A stretch of DNA of 53,970 nt from Pyrinomonadaceae bacterium (GCA_035577445.1 DATLVM010000223.1:1-53970), one strand, 5' to 3'. Shown: positions 16,504 to 27,007, numbered from the stretch's first letter. Program-made: numbers and translations. The notes: a model not told the origin generated them from the sequence alone.

Positions 16504-18246
16504 CTAACTAGCGATCTGAATCGTTTCACCGGCGGCAGTAGCGACGCTGGATCCCAAGCGATGAAGCTGCGTTGCGTCGATCATGTTGAGGCCCTGGTCG
16601 CGCACGGTCTTGAATCCGGGGATGATGTCGTCAACGGGTGCGCGCATCACATCTCTGGTGCGCTTATGGCCGGTGTAATCGAGATAGAGATGCTTGCGCA
16701 TGAAGCGATCGGGCACGCCGGCAAACCGGTATAGCGGATACTTGATTCCGTTACCGAACAGCTTGCGGCCGAGCATGTAGTAGTAGATCGGCACGCCCAG
16801 AGAGAACTTCATGTTTGCGGTACCTCCACCGTGCCAGAAATGTAAGTTGTACTTCCAGCAAGTGTAGAAGAATTCCCACTGAAGATCCGTCATCTCGATC
16901 AACTTCGCGCTGTCCTTCTGCTGCATGCGCGTGTCTTCGAGAGGCACGAAGAACGTGGGCACGAATGTGCCCTTGGCGTCGCGTAGATCGTAGAGCAGCT
17001 TCAGCGATTCTTTCGTGTCGGCTTCGGTTTCGCCCGGCAGGCCGATGATGAAGGTGCAGAATGGGAACCAGTTGTGCTTATTGAGAATCTCCATTCCCTT
17101 GAGCACGACGTCGCGCCATTGATGCGCCTTGTACGGATAAGCCTTGCCCTTCATGAAGATGTCGAAGAGGCGCGAACTGCCCGTTTCCAATCCGATAATC
17201 GGATCGGTGATGCAGTGATTCGCGTCGGTGGATTCCTTGTGCTTGACGTGAGAGAAGGGAACGATTAACGGCGTCAGTCTCTCAACGATAGTCGGATCCT
17301 TCACCACGGGCGCCATCGTGATGTGCGACATCTGCAACGTGTTGATTCCGGGCACGCTCTTCACACTGCGCAACATCGTTTCGAGCGCGGGCACGTTGGT
17401 CTCAAAGTTCGCCCTCTGCTCGTAAAGGAACATGTCCTCACTTGCGAGCATTATTTCGGTTGCGCCTTCACGGGCATTCACGCGAGCGCTTTCGAGGATG
17501 TGTTCGAGCGGGAATGAACGGCCAACCTTGGTTGCTGGGCCGCAGAACTGGCAACCGCGACCACAGCCGCGCGTGATTTCGACGACGCCGAATGTCGAGC
17601 GATGGCGCACGACGGGAATCTCTTCGACCGTCGGCTGCATGCTCTTCGGAAGTTTGATGATGCGCTCCAGCGTTGGATCGCCGTCCATCATGCGCTTAAA
17701 CAATTCGCTGAAGACGCGCTCGATCTCACCGTCGATTAGATAGTCGACGTTGAATTCATCGAGCCGGTTCGCGCGCTCCAGTTGCCAGGCGCCGGGTCCG
17801 CCGATCACGATCTTCGGCCGATATTTCTTGATGACGGGATGCGTGACGATCTTCAGAAATTCCGCAGCGTTGACGGGAATCAGGTTCTTGCCGGCGATCT
17901 TTGAATAAACATCCGTCGCATACGAGATGCCCAGCGGATTGTGGGCGTGAATAGCAATGACTTTCGTTTCCGGCCCGACGAATCTTTCCAGATACTCGTG
18001 ATAACAAACCACGACGTCTTCTTCCGCATACTCGCGCAGCAGCAGCGTCTCGACCATGCGCAGTCCGTTGGGGACATACTTGGCCCGACCATCCGGCCAG
18101 GATTCATTCTTGAGCGACTCTTCAGGTATCCACCGCGCGCCGAACTTAGCGGGAATCGTCGCCGAGAGCATCTGTTGCCAGATGCTGTGGCGCCACTCGC
18201 TCGCCTCGCTAGAGGATGCGGTTAAGACGATTTTCGGTGAACCCAA
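16504..18246 (-). CDS. radical SAM protein with N-terminal B12-binding-like domain
   Basis: C-x3-C-x2-C cluster (GCGRGCQFC). TTG start at 18246 lies 8 nt after GGAGG. Confidence 0.8.
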   Translation of the reverse strand: MGSPKIVLTASSSEASEWRHSIWQQMLSATIPAKFGARWIPEESLKNESWPDGRAKYVPNGLRMVETLLLREYAEEDVVVCYHEYLERFVGPETKVIAIHAHNPLGISYATDVYSKIAGKNLIPVNAAEFLKIVTHPVIKKYRPKIVIGGPGAWQLERANRLDEFNVDYLIDGEIERVFSELFKRMMDGDPTLERIIKLPKSMQPTVEEIPVVRHRSTFGVVEITRGCGRGCQFCGPATKVGRSFPLEHILESARVNAREGATEIMLASEDMFLYEQRANFETNVPALETMLRSVKSVPGINTLQMSHITMAPVVKDPTIVERLTPLIVPFSHVKHKESTDANHCITDPIIGLETGSSRLFDIFMKGKAYPYKAHQWRDVVLKGMEILNKHNWFPFCTFIIGLPGETEADTKESLKLLYDLRDAKGTFVPTFFVPLEDTRMQQKDSAKLIEMTDLQWEFFYTCWKYNLHFWHGGGTANMKFSLGVPIYYYMLGRKLFGNGIKYPLYRFAGVPDRFMRKHLYLDYTGHKRTRDVMRAPVDDIIPGFKTVRDQGLNMIDATQLHRLGSSVATAAGETIQIAS

Positions 18247-18533
18247 GGAGAGCCTCCAGGAATTGGTCGAGAGACAGCAAGTAAATACGGGGCGGATAAT
18301 AACATCAGTAACTTACGCTGCCAAGCACAATGTCTAAACAGTTTTGCCAGAGACGGAGCGGGGTAACCCCGGAGAACATCCTATGTACGGTTCACGACGT
18401 TGTGTGATATAGTCCGGCTCCACTGGAGTCGCTTTGGTTCGTACTCTTATTTTTTAGTCGATTCATCATCCCCCGTTGCGGCGGCTTTTCGGGTCTTCTA
18501 AACCAAGTCTTTACTGCTGAATCTCGGAGCGTT

Positions 18534-20078
18534 ATGAGAATTCTCCTTTACAACCCGGACAATGGGATCACCCGCAACTTCATGCCACATTTGTGGATGT
18601 TTCTGCTCAAGGCCCTCACGCCGCCTGAGCATGAGGTCCTGCTCATCGATGGAAACGCCAAACCGCTGGATGATGAGCAACTCGTTGAATACATCCAGCG
18701 CGAGAAGATAGGCCTTGTCGGCATCGGCGCAATGACCCGCATGGTTGCCAAGGCGTATCGCGTTGCTGACGCAATTCGGGCGGCCGGCATTCCCGTCGTG
18801 ATGGGCGGTCCGCATGTGACTGAGCTGCCGGATGAAGCGCTGGGTAAGGACGGCGGCCCGCGACACTGCGATGCCGTAGCCCTCGGTGAAGCCGATGAGA
18901 CCTGGCCGCGAATTATCGAAGATGCAGCGCGTGGTCAGTTGCAAGAGATCTACGCACCGCTCGATGAGACGGGAAAAGAACGCAAACCTTCGCTGCAACC
19001 TTATCCAACTATTCCGTGGGAAGAGATGGAACTTGAGCAGTTTGATATGGTTCCCAAGCCGGTGCGTGGCTTACTTGAGCGTTACGGCAGCGGCTGGCAG
19101 TCGCTTCATCTCATCCCGATCGAATCTGGTCGAGGCTGTCCCTATGGCTGCGAGTTCTGCACCGTGACCGGATTCTTTGGCGATTCGATCCGCTTTCGTA
19201 GCAATGACAGTATCGTCGAAGAGTTGCTCCGTTTGAAACGACGCGCGCGTAAGGCGCGGGGCCAGGTGATGGTGTTCTTCATTGATGACAACTTTGCCAT
19301 CAATATCAAACGAACAAAGTCCCTGCTGCGCGACATCATTACCGCGGGTGCGCAATTGCCCTGGCTCGCGCAAATCAGCGCGAACCTTTTACGTGACGAA
19401 GAGCTGGTCGAACTAATGGCTGAGTCCGGCTGTCGCTGGGTCTTCATCGGGATGGAATCGATCGATCCAGTCAACCTCGCCGACGTGGCCAAGAGCTTCA
19501 ACAAGCCGAGCGAATACGCGCCTGTGCTGAATCGACTGGCGCAGCGCGGAATCTACGCCGTGACCTCGTTCATTTTCGGATTGGACAACGACACACCGGG
19601 CGTAGCGGATCGCACCCTCGAGGCGATCGAAAGTTGGCCGGCGGGACTTCCGGTGTTTGGACAGCTCACGCCTTTTCCGTCGACGCCTTTGTATGAACGC
19701 CTCAAGAAGGACGGGCGATTGACGCGACCGAAGCATTGGCTGGAGTTCGCACCGTATCAAATGGCGAATAGGCCTCTGAAGATAAGCATCAAGCAAACGC
19801 ATCAGGAATTGAACAAAGCCTGGACCGTTTCCTACAGCGCAAAGCGGACCGAGCGCGCCCTCGAATCACTTAGTGACAAGTCGATTCACGATCGGGCCAT
19901 GCATCTGGTCATGCGCATCATGTTTCGTGGCATTTATTTCCCGCAGATAAACAAGCGCGACTGGTTCAAGACTGTCCTGGAAAATCGCCGTCCCATTTAT
20001 ATGCTGGTGCGCGAAGGGTTCAAGCAGTGGCGCTCGACGCGACGACGAGCATCAGTCGTACCGGCAGCGACGGCCTAG
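18534..20078 (+). CDS. class B (B12-binding domain) radical SAM protein
   Basis: The N-terminal region MRILLYNP ... LVGIGAMT ... VVMGGPHV is a typical B12-binding domain. Cluster motif: SGRGCPYGCEFC. Confidence 0.85.
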   Translation: MRILLYNPDNGITRNFMPHLWMFLLKALTPPEHEVLLIDGNAKPLDDEQLVEYIQREKIGLVGIGAMTRMVAKAYRVADAIRAAGIPVVMGGPHVTELPDEALGKDGGPRHCDAVALGEADETWPRIIEDAARGQLQEIYAPLDETGKERKPSLQPYPTIPWEEMELEQFDMVPKPVRGLLERYGSGWQSLHLIPIESGRGCPYGCEFCTVTGFFGDSIRFRSNDSIVEELLRLKRRARKARGQVMVFFIDDNFAINIKRTKSLLRDIITAGAQLPWLAQISANLLRDEELVELMAESGCRWVFIGMESIDPVNLADVAKSFNKPSEYAPVLNRLAQRGIYAVTSFIFGLDNDTPGVADRTLEAIESWPAGLPVFGQLTPFPSTPLYERLKKDGRLTRPKHWLEFAPYQMANRPLKISIKQTHQELNKAWTVSYSAKRTERALESLSDKSIHDRAMHLVMRIMFRGIYFPQINKRDWFKTVLENRRPIYMLVREGFKQWRSTRRRASVVPAATA

Positions 20079-20085
20079 GCTGAAG

Positions 20086-21045
20086 TTAGATCCGCTCAAG
20101 CACCATCGTCCTGGGAATACCCTGTAAGTCTTTCCGAGCTTCGATCAAATTCCACACTTTACGATCGATCAGGTTGAGCAATAGCTCTGCTTGTCCGAAT
20201 CCAAACTCGAACACCAGGTGACCTCCGGTCTGAATTCGAGGCGGCGCTTCGCGCAGCAGGCGGCGAATTACGTCCAGACCATCGGTTCCTCCCGCTAAAG
20301 CTGATCGAGGCTCGTAGCCGACTTCGCGTTGCAGCGAATCGATATCGTCATCCGGAACGTAAGGCGGATTGGAAACGATTAAGTCGAATTGTTCGTCGCG
20401 CGGTATCGCCGTCAACAAATCGGATTCAATCAACTGCAAGCGATCGGCTACGCGATGTGTTTGGGCATTGCGACGCGCGACATTCAAAGCAGCAGGCGAA
20501 ACATCAATCGCGATCCCCTTCGCGTTCGGCAACTCATGAAGAATCGAGATCGCCAGGCAGCCCGAACCCGTGCCGACGTCCACCAATCTTGACAAACGAT
20601 CCTTTGCCAGCAACTCGAGCGCGACTTCAACAATCGCTTCGCTTTCAGGGCGAGGAATCAACACCTCTGGTGTGACTTCGAAATCGAGTTTAAAAAACTC
20701 CTGATGTCCGGTGAGGTATTGCAGCGGCTCGCCCGCGGCACGCCGAACCACCAACAACTGAAACATACCGAGCTGATCAGGATCCAAAACATGTTCGGGA
20801 TGGGCCAGTATGAATGTCCGGTCTCGGTTCATTATATGACTCAATAGCGAACCTGCTTCGAGCCGCGCCTGCTCGCTCTTCGCCAGCGCAGCCGTTGCTT
20901 CGGCCAGTGCGTTCTGTACTGTGATGCCCCTCTTCAAGCTCAACCCGGTTCCATTTAATTGTTGCTCGGCACGTGGATTGTATATTAGGCTTGCGGCCGA
21001 AAAGGAAATCGATGGCGCGCGATTGGTCAAATTGCGCGATAGCAT
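20086..21045 (-). CDS. prmC: peptide chain release factor N5-glutamine methyltransferase
   Basis: Motifs: GEPLQYLTG, VDVGTGSGC, IVSNPPY (NPPY). The true start is probably downstream of 21045 because the N-terminal ~35 aa look non-conserved. Confidence 0.85.
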   Translation of the reverse strand: MLSRNLTNRAPSISFSAASLIYNPRAEQQLNGTGLSLKRGITVQNALAEATAALAKSEQARLEAGSLLSHIMNRDRTFILAHPEHVLDPDQLGMFQLLVVRRAAGEPLQYLTGHQEFFKLDFEVTPEVLIPRPESEAIVEVALELLAKDRLSRLVDVGTGSGCLAISILHELPNAKGIAIDVSPAALNVARRNAQTHRVADRLQLIESDLLTAIPRDEQFDLIVSNPPYVPDDDIDSLQREVGYEPRSALAGGTDGLDVIRRLLREAPPRIQTGGHLVFEFGFGQAELLLNLIDRKVWNLIEARKDLQGIPRTMVLERI

Positions 21046-21204
21046 TCGCCGGAACCGCTACGGGATTGAAACTTTTATTTCGTTAGTACGAAGCGAGTCT
21101 CGTTTCTTCCCGTACGGACGGCGGAATCCCGGTCACTGATCGGGATTTCGCAGTTCGAAGGCAGAGCTGAAAAAATTTTAGCGAAAGGAACTTCTCCTTA
21201 ACTA

Positions 21205-21573
21205 ATGACCGCGCTCGCAAAAAGCCTGCTTCTCTTCGCGTTGAATTGGATGGACGCGCAGCTCACGCTGCTGTGGGTTCGGAGCAACATCGCGAGCGAA
21301 GGCAATAGCTTGATGAATCAGTTGATCCGGCTTGGCGATGCGCCCTTTCTTTTGGTCAAGCTGGCGATCGGCGCTTTCGCGGCTTACGTGCTCTATCGTT
21401 GCGCACATCTCACCATCGCGCGCCGCGGCATGCAGCTCGTTCTCGGAATTTACTTTGCCATCATGTTTGTTCATGTTGCGACCGGAATGTCGGCCCTCGG
21501 ATGGTCGCAGCCTCTGGCCGTGATTACTTATGTCTGCCACATGCCCCACACACTCCTGACGCTCTTCGCGTGA
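21205..21573 (+). CDS. small membrane protein, DUF5658-like
   Basis: LNWMDAQLTLLWV...ASEGNSLMN matches the LN-x2-D ... E-(A/G)-N-P/S-L pattern. Three to four TM helices. Confidence 0.5.
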   Translation: MTALAKSLLLFALNWMDAQLTLLWVRSNIASEGNSLMNQLIRLGDAPFLLVKLAIGAFAAYVLYRCAHLTIARRGMQLVLGIYFAIMFVHVATGMSALGWSQPLAVITYVCHMPHTLLTLFA

Positions 21574-21722
21574 TTCGCGGCTGTCTACCCCTTTCTTTTT
21601 ACCTTCGATTTCGGAACCGATACCCCTCCTGAAGCGTTTTGCAATTGCGCTTTGCGCAACCGTAAACTACCGCCACGGCATCTTAGTCACCGGCTTTCAT
21701 CGGCATCAGGAGATACAAATTT

Positions 21723-22883
21723 ATGTATAAGTTAACAGCCCGACAGATTTTGATGGTCGCGTTCGCTTCGGCCGTATTTGCGGTCGTCGGCGTCATCGGT
21801 TTTCAACAAATCTATAATCGTCTGCCGTTTGGCTCGGCTGCCGTCGCGCCGCTGGCGAGCATCACCGACCCGGCCCTGGCGACCGACGAACAGAACAACA
21901 TCGAAGTGTACAAAGCAATTTCGCCGGGCGTCGTGAACATCAGTTCGACGACGCTGGTGCGCGGTTTCTTTGGACTGATGGTTGAGCCGGAAGAGGGAAC
22001 TTGCTCAGGTTCGATCATCGATGACCAGGGCAACATCGTCACGAATTATCATTGCATCGAGAACGTGCAGAAATTGACGGTCAGTCTCGGCGGGGGCAGG
22101 AAGTACCCGGCGAGAGTCGTCGGCGGTGATATAGACACAGACCTGGCCGTGATTCGCATGACTGAGTTGCCGAGAGAGCCGTTGACCTTAGTGCCGCTGG
22201 GCGACTCAGACAAGTTAAGCGTCGGTCAGAAGGTCCTGGCGATCGGAAATCCGTTCGGGCTGGATCGCACTCTGACGACGGGCGTTATCAGCGGACTCGA
22301 GAGACCGATTCGCGCGCAGAACAACAGACAGATTGAAGGCGCCATTCAAACTGATGCTTCGATCAATCCGGGAAATTCGGGTGGGCCGTTGCTTGATTCA
22401 CATGGTCGAATGATTGGCATCAACTCTCAGATACTTTCACCTTCGGGCGCGTCGGCGGGCGTGGGCTTTGCAATTCCCGTGAGCATCGCTAAGCGGATCG
22501 TTCCGGAATTGGTTCGCAACGGATCGATTCAGCGACCAAAGCTCGGCATTCAACCGCGTGATATTGCATCGCTCGGCTCGCAATCTCAGTTACCGGTCTC
22601 TGATGGGGTGTTGATTCTGGCGACCCAACCCGGTGGCCCGGCGGCAAACGCAGGATTGCGCGGCTTGGTCGAGACGGAAGACGGGCAGATCGAACTCGGC
22701 GACATCATCGTGGCCATCGACGGTGAGAAGATTGAAAACAACGACGACATCTACAAGGTGATGGACAAGCACCACATGGGTGACACGGTGAACGTTGAAG
22801 TGATTCGCCGTGGCCGGCGTCTGACTGTTCCGGTGAAGCTGACCGAGGCCCCGACAACGCGCCGTAGAGGATTCGGCGAATAG
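21723..22883 (+). CDS. HtrA/DegP-family serine protease with C-terminal PDZ domain
   Basis: Catalytic triad context: TNYHC, DTDLAV, GNSGGPLLD. PDZ region: GVLILATQPGGPAANAGLRG ... GDIIVAIDG. Confidence 0.9.
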   Translation: MYKLTARQILMVAFASAVFAVVGVIGFQQIYNRLPFGSAAVAPLASITDPALATDEQNNIEVYKAISPGVVNISSTTLVRGFFGLMVEPEEGTCSGSIIDDQGNIVTNYHCIENVQKLTVSLGGGRKYPARVVGGDIDTDLAVIRMTELPREPLTLVPLGDSDKLSVGQKVLAIGNPFGLDRTLTTGVISGLERPIRAQNNRQIEGAIQTDASINPGNSGGPLLDSHGRMIGINSQILSPSGASAGVGFAIPVSIAKRIVPELVRNGSIQRPKLGIQPRDIASLGSQSQLPVSDGVLILATQPGGPAANAGLRGLVETEDGQIELGDIIVAIDGEKIENNDDIYKVMDKHHMGDTVNVEVIRRGRRLTVPVKLTEAPTTRRRGFGE

Positions 22884-22907
22884 ATTTACCTTCGCTTGGA
22901 AACAGAG

Positions 22908-22946
22908 ACGCGCGTCGTGATGAGCGACGCGCGTTTTGTTTTTTTT
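22908..22946 (+). terminator. rho-independent terminator
   Basis: Perfect 10-bp stem: ACGCGCGTCG (22908-22917) pairs with CGACGCGCGT (22925-22934). It is followed by TTTGTTTTTTTT. Confidence 0.8.
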
Positions 22947-22991
22947 GGAGTGCTGGCGGCTTGACAGCCGTTTAATGATCGAACAAATCTC

Positions 22992-23345
22992 TCAGCCCGG
23001 CGGCCACGTCATCTCGCGCCCACCGAGTACATGGACGTGCAAGTGAAAGACAGACTGTCCAGCGCCGCTGCCAGTGTTGACGACGGTGCGATAGCCGCCA
23101 CCGTCAGACAATCCGTGATCGTTGGCGACGCGCGCTGAGACTCTCAGCAAATGGCCGAGCAGCGATTCATCCTTCTGCGAAGCATCGTCGAGCGAGTCCA
23201 TGTGCTCGCGCGGAATAATCAATAAGTGCGTTGGGGCCTGCGGGTTGACATCGCGAATTACGACACAGCGGCCGTCCTGGTAGACGACATCGGCTGCCGC
23301 GGTTCCCGCGAGGATCTTACAAAAGAGGCAATCTTGTTCGCTCAT
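22992..23345 (-). CDS. HIT (histidine triad) family protein
   Basis: HLHVHVLGG histidine triad. CLFCKI N-terminal zinc-motif-like region. Confidence 0.9.
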   Translation of the reverse strand: MSEQDCLFCKILAGTAAADVVYQDGRCVVIRDVNPQAPTHLLIIPREHMDSLDDASQKDESLLGHLLRVSARVANDHGLSDGGGYRTVVNTGSGAGQSVFHLHVHVLGGREMTWPPG

Positions 23346-23357
23346 GATCTCCTTGTG

Positions 23358-23918
23358 TTAACCAATTATCTCCTCTACTCGCAGTGAGAGGTTTGGAACG
23401 GTCAGCGAATGCAACTGTTCTCCGAGACCGAAAGTCGTTGAGTCTGTGTAAGCTCCCGCCGCTGGTGTGCCGTAGACTTCAATAATTCGATTAGGCAAGT
23501 TCACCAGCCAAACCTCAGGAACGTCAGCACGAGCGTACAGCGGCACCTTGACGTTGCGGTCAGTCAGGATCGTAGCGTCAGAAACTTCGACGATTACCAA
23601 AACGTCTTCAGCCGTCGGATGGCTAGTGGTATAGAAATCGTCACGCGGTTTCAAGACTGCGATGTCTGGCACTGGCTCGGAAAAATCATAAAGTCTGACC
23701 GGGTTCTGCACTGCAACTATCGCCCCTTCGCCGAGACACTTCTTGAGAAGTAGTTCAAGCCGGTTTACATGACCGGCATGGGCGCTTCCAATTGGAGGCA
23801 TGCGAATTATCTCTCCTTCAATCAGTTCAACCCGATCGTCCGGCTGCAACACGCCTACTTCAGCCAGCCGGTAATACTGGTCAACGTTGAAGTGCCATCG
23901 TTCAAGCTGTGCCGACAT
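23358..23918 (-). CDS. Uma2 family (DUF820) putative endonuclease
   Basis: Typical Uma2 pattern: VELIEGEIIRMPPIGSAHA ... PDIAV ... VIVEVSD ... K-x-P-LYA. Confidence 0.75.
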   Translation of the reverse strand: MSAQLERWHFNVDQYYRLAEVGVLQPDDRVELIEGEIIRMPPIGSAHAGHVNRLELLLKKCLGEGAIVAVQNPVRLYDFSEPVPDIAVLKPRDDFYTTSHPTAEDVLVIVEVSDATILTDRNVKVPLYARADVPEVWLVNLPNRIIEVYGTPAAGAYTDSTTFGLGEQLHSLTVPNLSLRVEEIIG

Positions 23919-23977
23919 CTTCTGCCCAACTCCCCTGGACGAGTCCTGATGTTATCACAGGTAGTCCCGCTTCGAAC

Positions 23978-25294
23978 CTATGCTTCGGCCATTGCCGGGT
24001 CGCTCGTCGCCAACGGCGCAGTCACCGATTCACGCACGCGTTCGATATCGCCGCCAACAGCTCTTAGCTTCGTTTCGATTTTCTCGTAGCCGCGATCGAT
24101 GTGATACACGCGGTCGATAATTGTTTCACCTTCGGCTACTAAACCGGCCAGCACTAACGAAGCTGAGGCGCGCAGATCGGAAGCCTGCACGCGCGCGCCG
24201 ACCAGCGCGCTCGGCCCATCAACGATCGCCTTATCGTGAGTGACTTGAACGCGCGCGCCCATGCGTTGCAACTCAGAGGCGTGCATAAAACGATTCTCAA
24301 AAACAGTTTCCGTGATGACTGATCGGCCGTTGGCCTGCGTCATCAAAGTCATGTACTGGGCCTGCATATCAGTCGGAAAAGCTGGGTACGGTTCCGTCAT
24401 CAGGTCGCCGGCGTGTAATCCGCGGGCGCTGCGGCGAACATGCAGAGTGCTTTGATTTACTTCTTCGATCTCCACGCCCACTTCTCGCAGCTTCCCGATG
24501 ATTCGATTGCAGTGTTCCGGATTGCAGTCTTTGATTTCGAGTTCGCCTTTCGTAATTGCGGCGGCGACAATGAATGTTCCGGTTTCGATTCGATCCGGGA
24601 TGATCGTGTGCTGCGCGCCGCCCAAAGCTTCCATGCCATCAATTTCGATCTTCGGGGTGCCGGCGCCACGCACGCGCGCGCCCATCTTGTTGAGCAACTC
24701 CGCGAGATCTTTTACTTCCGGCTCGCGCGCAGCGTTATTGATGACGGTACGTCCGCGCGCCAGCGTCGCCGCCATCATCAAGTTTTCTGTTCCGGTAACA
24801 GAAATCTTTTCGAAAGTAATGTCCGCGCCCTTCAATCCGTCTTCAGGCGCGCGGGCAACGACGTCACCGGCTTCGAGAAAGACTTCGGCGCCCATTTTTG
24901 TTAATCCCGCGAGATGCAAATCGATCGGACGGGCGCCGATCGCGCAACCGCCTGGCAGCGAAACTCTCGCTTTACCGAAGCGAGCAATCAGCGGCCCAAG
25001 GGCGAGCACCGACGCGCGCATCGTCTTTACCAGGTCATAAGGAGCAGCCTGCAGCTCGATGTGAGCGGCCGAGATCTTGTGTGTGCGCAACTCCGGCGTC
25101 AGCACATGCGCGCCAATGTCTTCGAGCAAACGGCGCATCGTGATGATGTCCCGCACGTAAGGAATGTTGTGCAGCGTGACATCTTCAGCGGTGAGAATCG
25201 CTGCAGCCATACAAGGCAGCGCTGAGTTCTTAGCGCCGCTGATCGTGACGCGACCTTTAAGCGGATTGCCACCGCTGATGCGAAATTTGTCCAC
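23978..25294 (-). CDS. murA: UDP-N-acetylglucosamine 1-carboxyvinyltransferase
   Basis: N-terminus MDKFRISGG..L.G.V.ISGAKNSALP. Active-site loop LPGGCAIGARPIDLH with Cys. Confidence 0.95.
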   Translation of the reverse strand: MDKFRISGGNPLKGRVTISGAKNSALPCMAAAILTAEDVTLHNIPYVRDIITMRRLLEDIGAHVLTPELRTHKISAAHIELQAAPYDLVKTMRASVLALGPLIARFGKARVSLPGGCAIGARPIDLHLAGLTKMGAEVFLEAGDVVARAPEDGLKGADITFEKISVTGTENLMMAATLARGRTVINNAAREPEVKDLAELLNKMGARVRGAGTPKIEIDGMEALGGAQHTIIPDRIETGTFIVAAAITKGELEIKDCNPEHCNRIIGKLREVGVEIEEVNQSTLHVRRSARGLHAGDLMTEPYPAFPTDMQAQYMTLMTQANGRSVITETVFENRFMHASELQRMGARVQVTHDKAIVDGPSALVGARVQASDLRASASLVLAGLVAEGETIIDRVYHIDRGYEKIETKLRAVGGDIERVRESVTAPLATSDPAMAEA

Positions 25295-25345
25295 GCTGGA
25301 AGATTAAAGGAAAAGACAAAGAACCGCGAGTGAAAGTTGCCCCGA

Positions 25346-27007
25346 CTAGCTGGAGGGCGCGCCACCGCGATATCGCATCCACAGGTCGTTAAATTTCCAG
25401 AACACCTGGTTCATTATTTCCGGTGTTGGATTCGGATTGTTAAGTAGAGCACGCATCTGATCGAAAAGTTGTTTGTCTGCGGCGCTGGCGTTGTTATCGA
25501 GACTATTGAGCGCATTCTTGATCATCGCGCTCCACGTTCCATAGGCCGCCCGGAGCTGGCCTGACTGGTCGGCATCGGGGTGCAACGACAGCCAGGCATA
25601 CCAATTCTGAAGTTCGCCGCCGACTCGATACATGTCGCTCCACCAGCTTCCCTGCAAATAGAAGTTTGCAGTTCTCAGGCTGGGATTGTTTCTGAGATAG
25701 TTGAGAATCTGCGCCGGACTTCCCGGCGGACGCGTCGAGTACCAAGCCGTCTTGTCTTCGGCAAAAAGCTGGAAGGACCACTTGCAAGTCTCCGCGTCCA
25801 TGCTGAACGAAATGGCGTACTCCTTGCTATTCGTGCCGATTTTTTGCGCGCCAAACTGAAAACCATAAAACGGCCGGCTCGTTTTCTCGTCGCGGTAAGG
25901 GCCAGCCATTGACACACTCGTGTTGCCGCCCGCTTCGTTGGTCTCGCCTCCCTTGACGCGTTGCACCATCACCGAAGAGAGTTGCGAAATGATCGAGTGG
26001 TCAGCGAGATGGCAGAACAGCCATTCGATGTAGAAAGGCTTACCGTCCTGAGTGAACTCCCATTCGTAGTCTTGCCCGTCGATCTTCATCGTGAGTTTGT
26101 TTCGGAATATCTGAAAGCCATTCCCGTTTGCATCCCAAAAGGCGAGTTCGCCGTTTTGATTCAAAAACCTCTTGCAGCAATCCGTGTCCTCTTTGGTAAA
26201 GGTCGCCTCACCATTGTTCGGCACAGGAGAGACTTGTGGCCCGCTGGTTCGCGCAGAGTTCGCGGGAGACGGACTTGGCGATGGTGACGCCGTTGATGTC
26301 GAAGAAGGAGTTGGTGCCGGCGTCGGTTTACTGGTGACAGGCGACGGACTCGGAGCCGTTGACAGCGTATTCGGAATCGTTGCGGTGATGTTGAAGCCGC
26401 CAGCACCAGTTCCGGTGATGCCAGCGCTCGAATTGTAGGTGCCGCTTGAGGAAACCTGCGACGGGTTGATGACGATGTTCTGGATATTGCCGCCGGTGAG
26501 GTTGATGTTCTGCGGTGTCTGATTCTGAAGCTGCACCGGGACGGGCTGGGTAATGCCCTGAAGACCCTGCACCTCGATGTGTAGCTCAATTGATTCACCC
26601 TTCAGCAACGAAGTCTTCGGCGCGGTCAGATCGATCTTCAGGGCGCGGAAGTTTCCGGTCGCAGTTTTGCCGTTCTCATTAACAGTGACGTCATTCGGGC
26701 CAATCACGGTGGTGGGAATTTCGAAGGTCGCCGCGGACTTTGACTCAGCAATAACCGGCATCCTGGCACCGCCAACTTCAATTTTTGTGTTGGACGCGTC
26801 GCCATCAAACGGACCGGTAATCACGTACGGCCGTCCACTTTGAGCTAACGGTGGAAACGAAAACCTGCCCTGCGCGCGTTGTATGGCCGAATTTGCGCTG
26901 ATGATTGTCGACTTATGCGCCGAAGTTGTTGAATTCTTCTGAAGTGCGGTAAGACAAACTAGAGCTGCAAAGAAGAAGCAAGTGTAGAACAGACGTCGGG
27001 GAATCAT
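25346..27007 (-). CDS. secreted hypothetical protein with Pro/Ser/Thr-rich linker
   Basis: Signal peptide present. N-terminal beta-rich region, then low-complexity TAPSPSPVTSKPTPAPTPSSTSTASPSPSPSP, then a C-terminal ~300-aa domain without recognisable motifs. Confidence 0.6.
   Translation of the reverse strand: MIPRRLFYTCFFFAALVCLTALQKNSTTSAHKSTIISANSAIQRAQGRFSFPPLAQSGRPYVITGPFDGDASNTKIEVGGARMPVIAESKSAATFEIPTTVIGPNDVTVNENGKTATGNFRALKIDLTAPKTSLLKGESIELHIEVQGLQGITQPVPVQLQNQTPQNINLTGGNIQNIVINPSQVSSSGTYNSSAGITGTGAGGFNITATIPNTLSTAPSPSPVTSKPTPAPTPSSTSTASPSPSPSPANSARTSGPQVSPVPNNGEATFTKEDTDCCKRFLNQNGELAFWDANGNGFQIFRNKLTMKIDGQDYEWEFTQDGKPFYIEWLFCHLADHSIISQLSSVMVQRVKGGETNEAGGNTSVSMAGPYRDEKTSRPFYGFQFGAQKIGTNSKEYAISFSMDAETCKWSFQLFAEDKTAWYSTRPPGSPAQILNYLRNNPSLRTANFYLQGSWWSDMYRVGGELQNWYAWLSLHPDADQSGQLRAAYGTWSAMIKNALNSLDNNASAADKQLFDQMRALLNNPNPTPEIMNQVFWKFNDLWMRYRGGAPSS

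Noticed and set aside
18247-18533. Cobalamin riboswitch in the shared leader of the two B12-type radical SAM genes
   Set aside because: I looked for a B12-box-like (AGYCMGGAGACCKGCC-type) element and the GGGAA/GGUG core on both strands and did not find convincing matches. This would need a covariance-model scan (Rfam RF00174) to settle.
12545-20078. Hopanoid side-chain cluster (HpnI-like GT2 + HpnJ-like radical SAM)
   Set aside because: Only generic GT2 and class B radical SAM motifs are visible. There is no squalene-hopene cyclase, HpnH, HpnG or HpnK in the window. The assignment would be guesswork without phylogeny.
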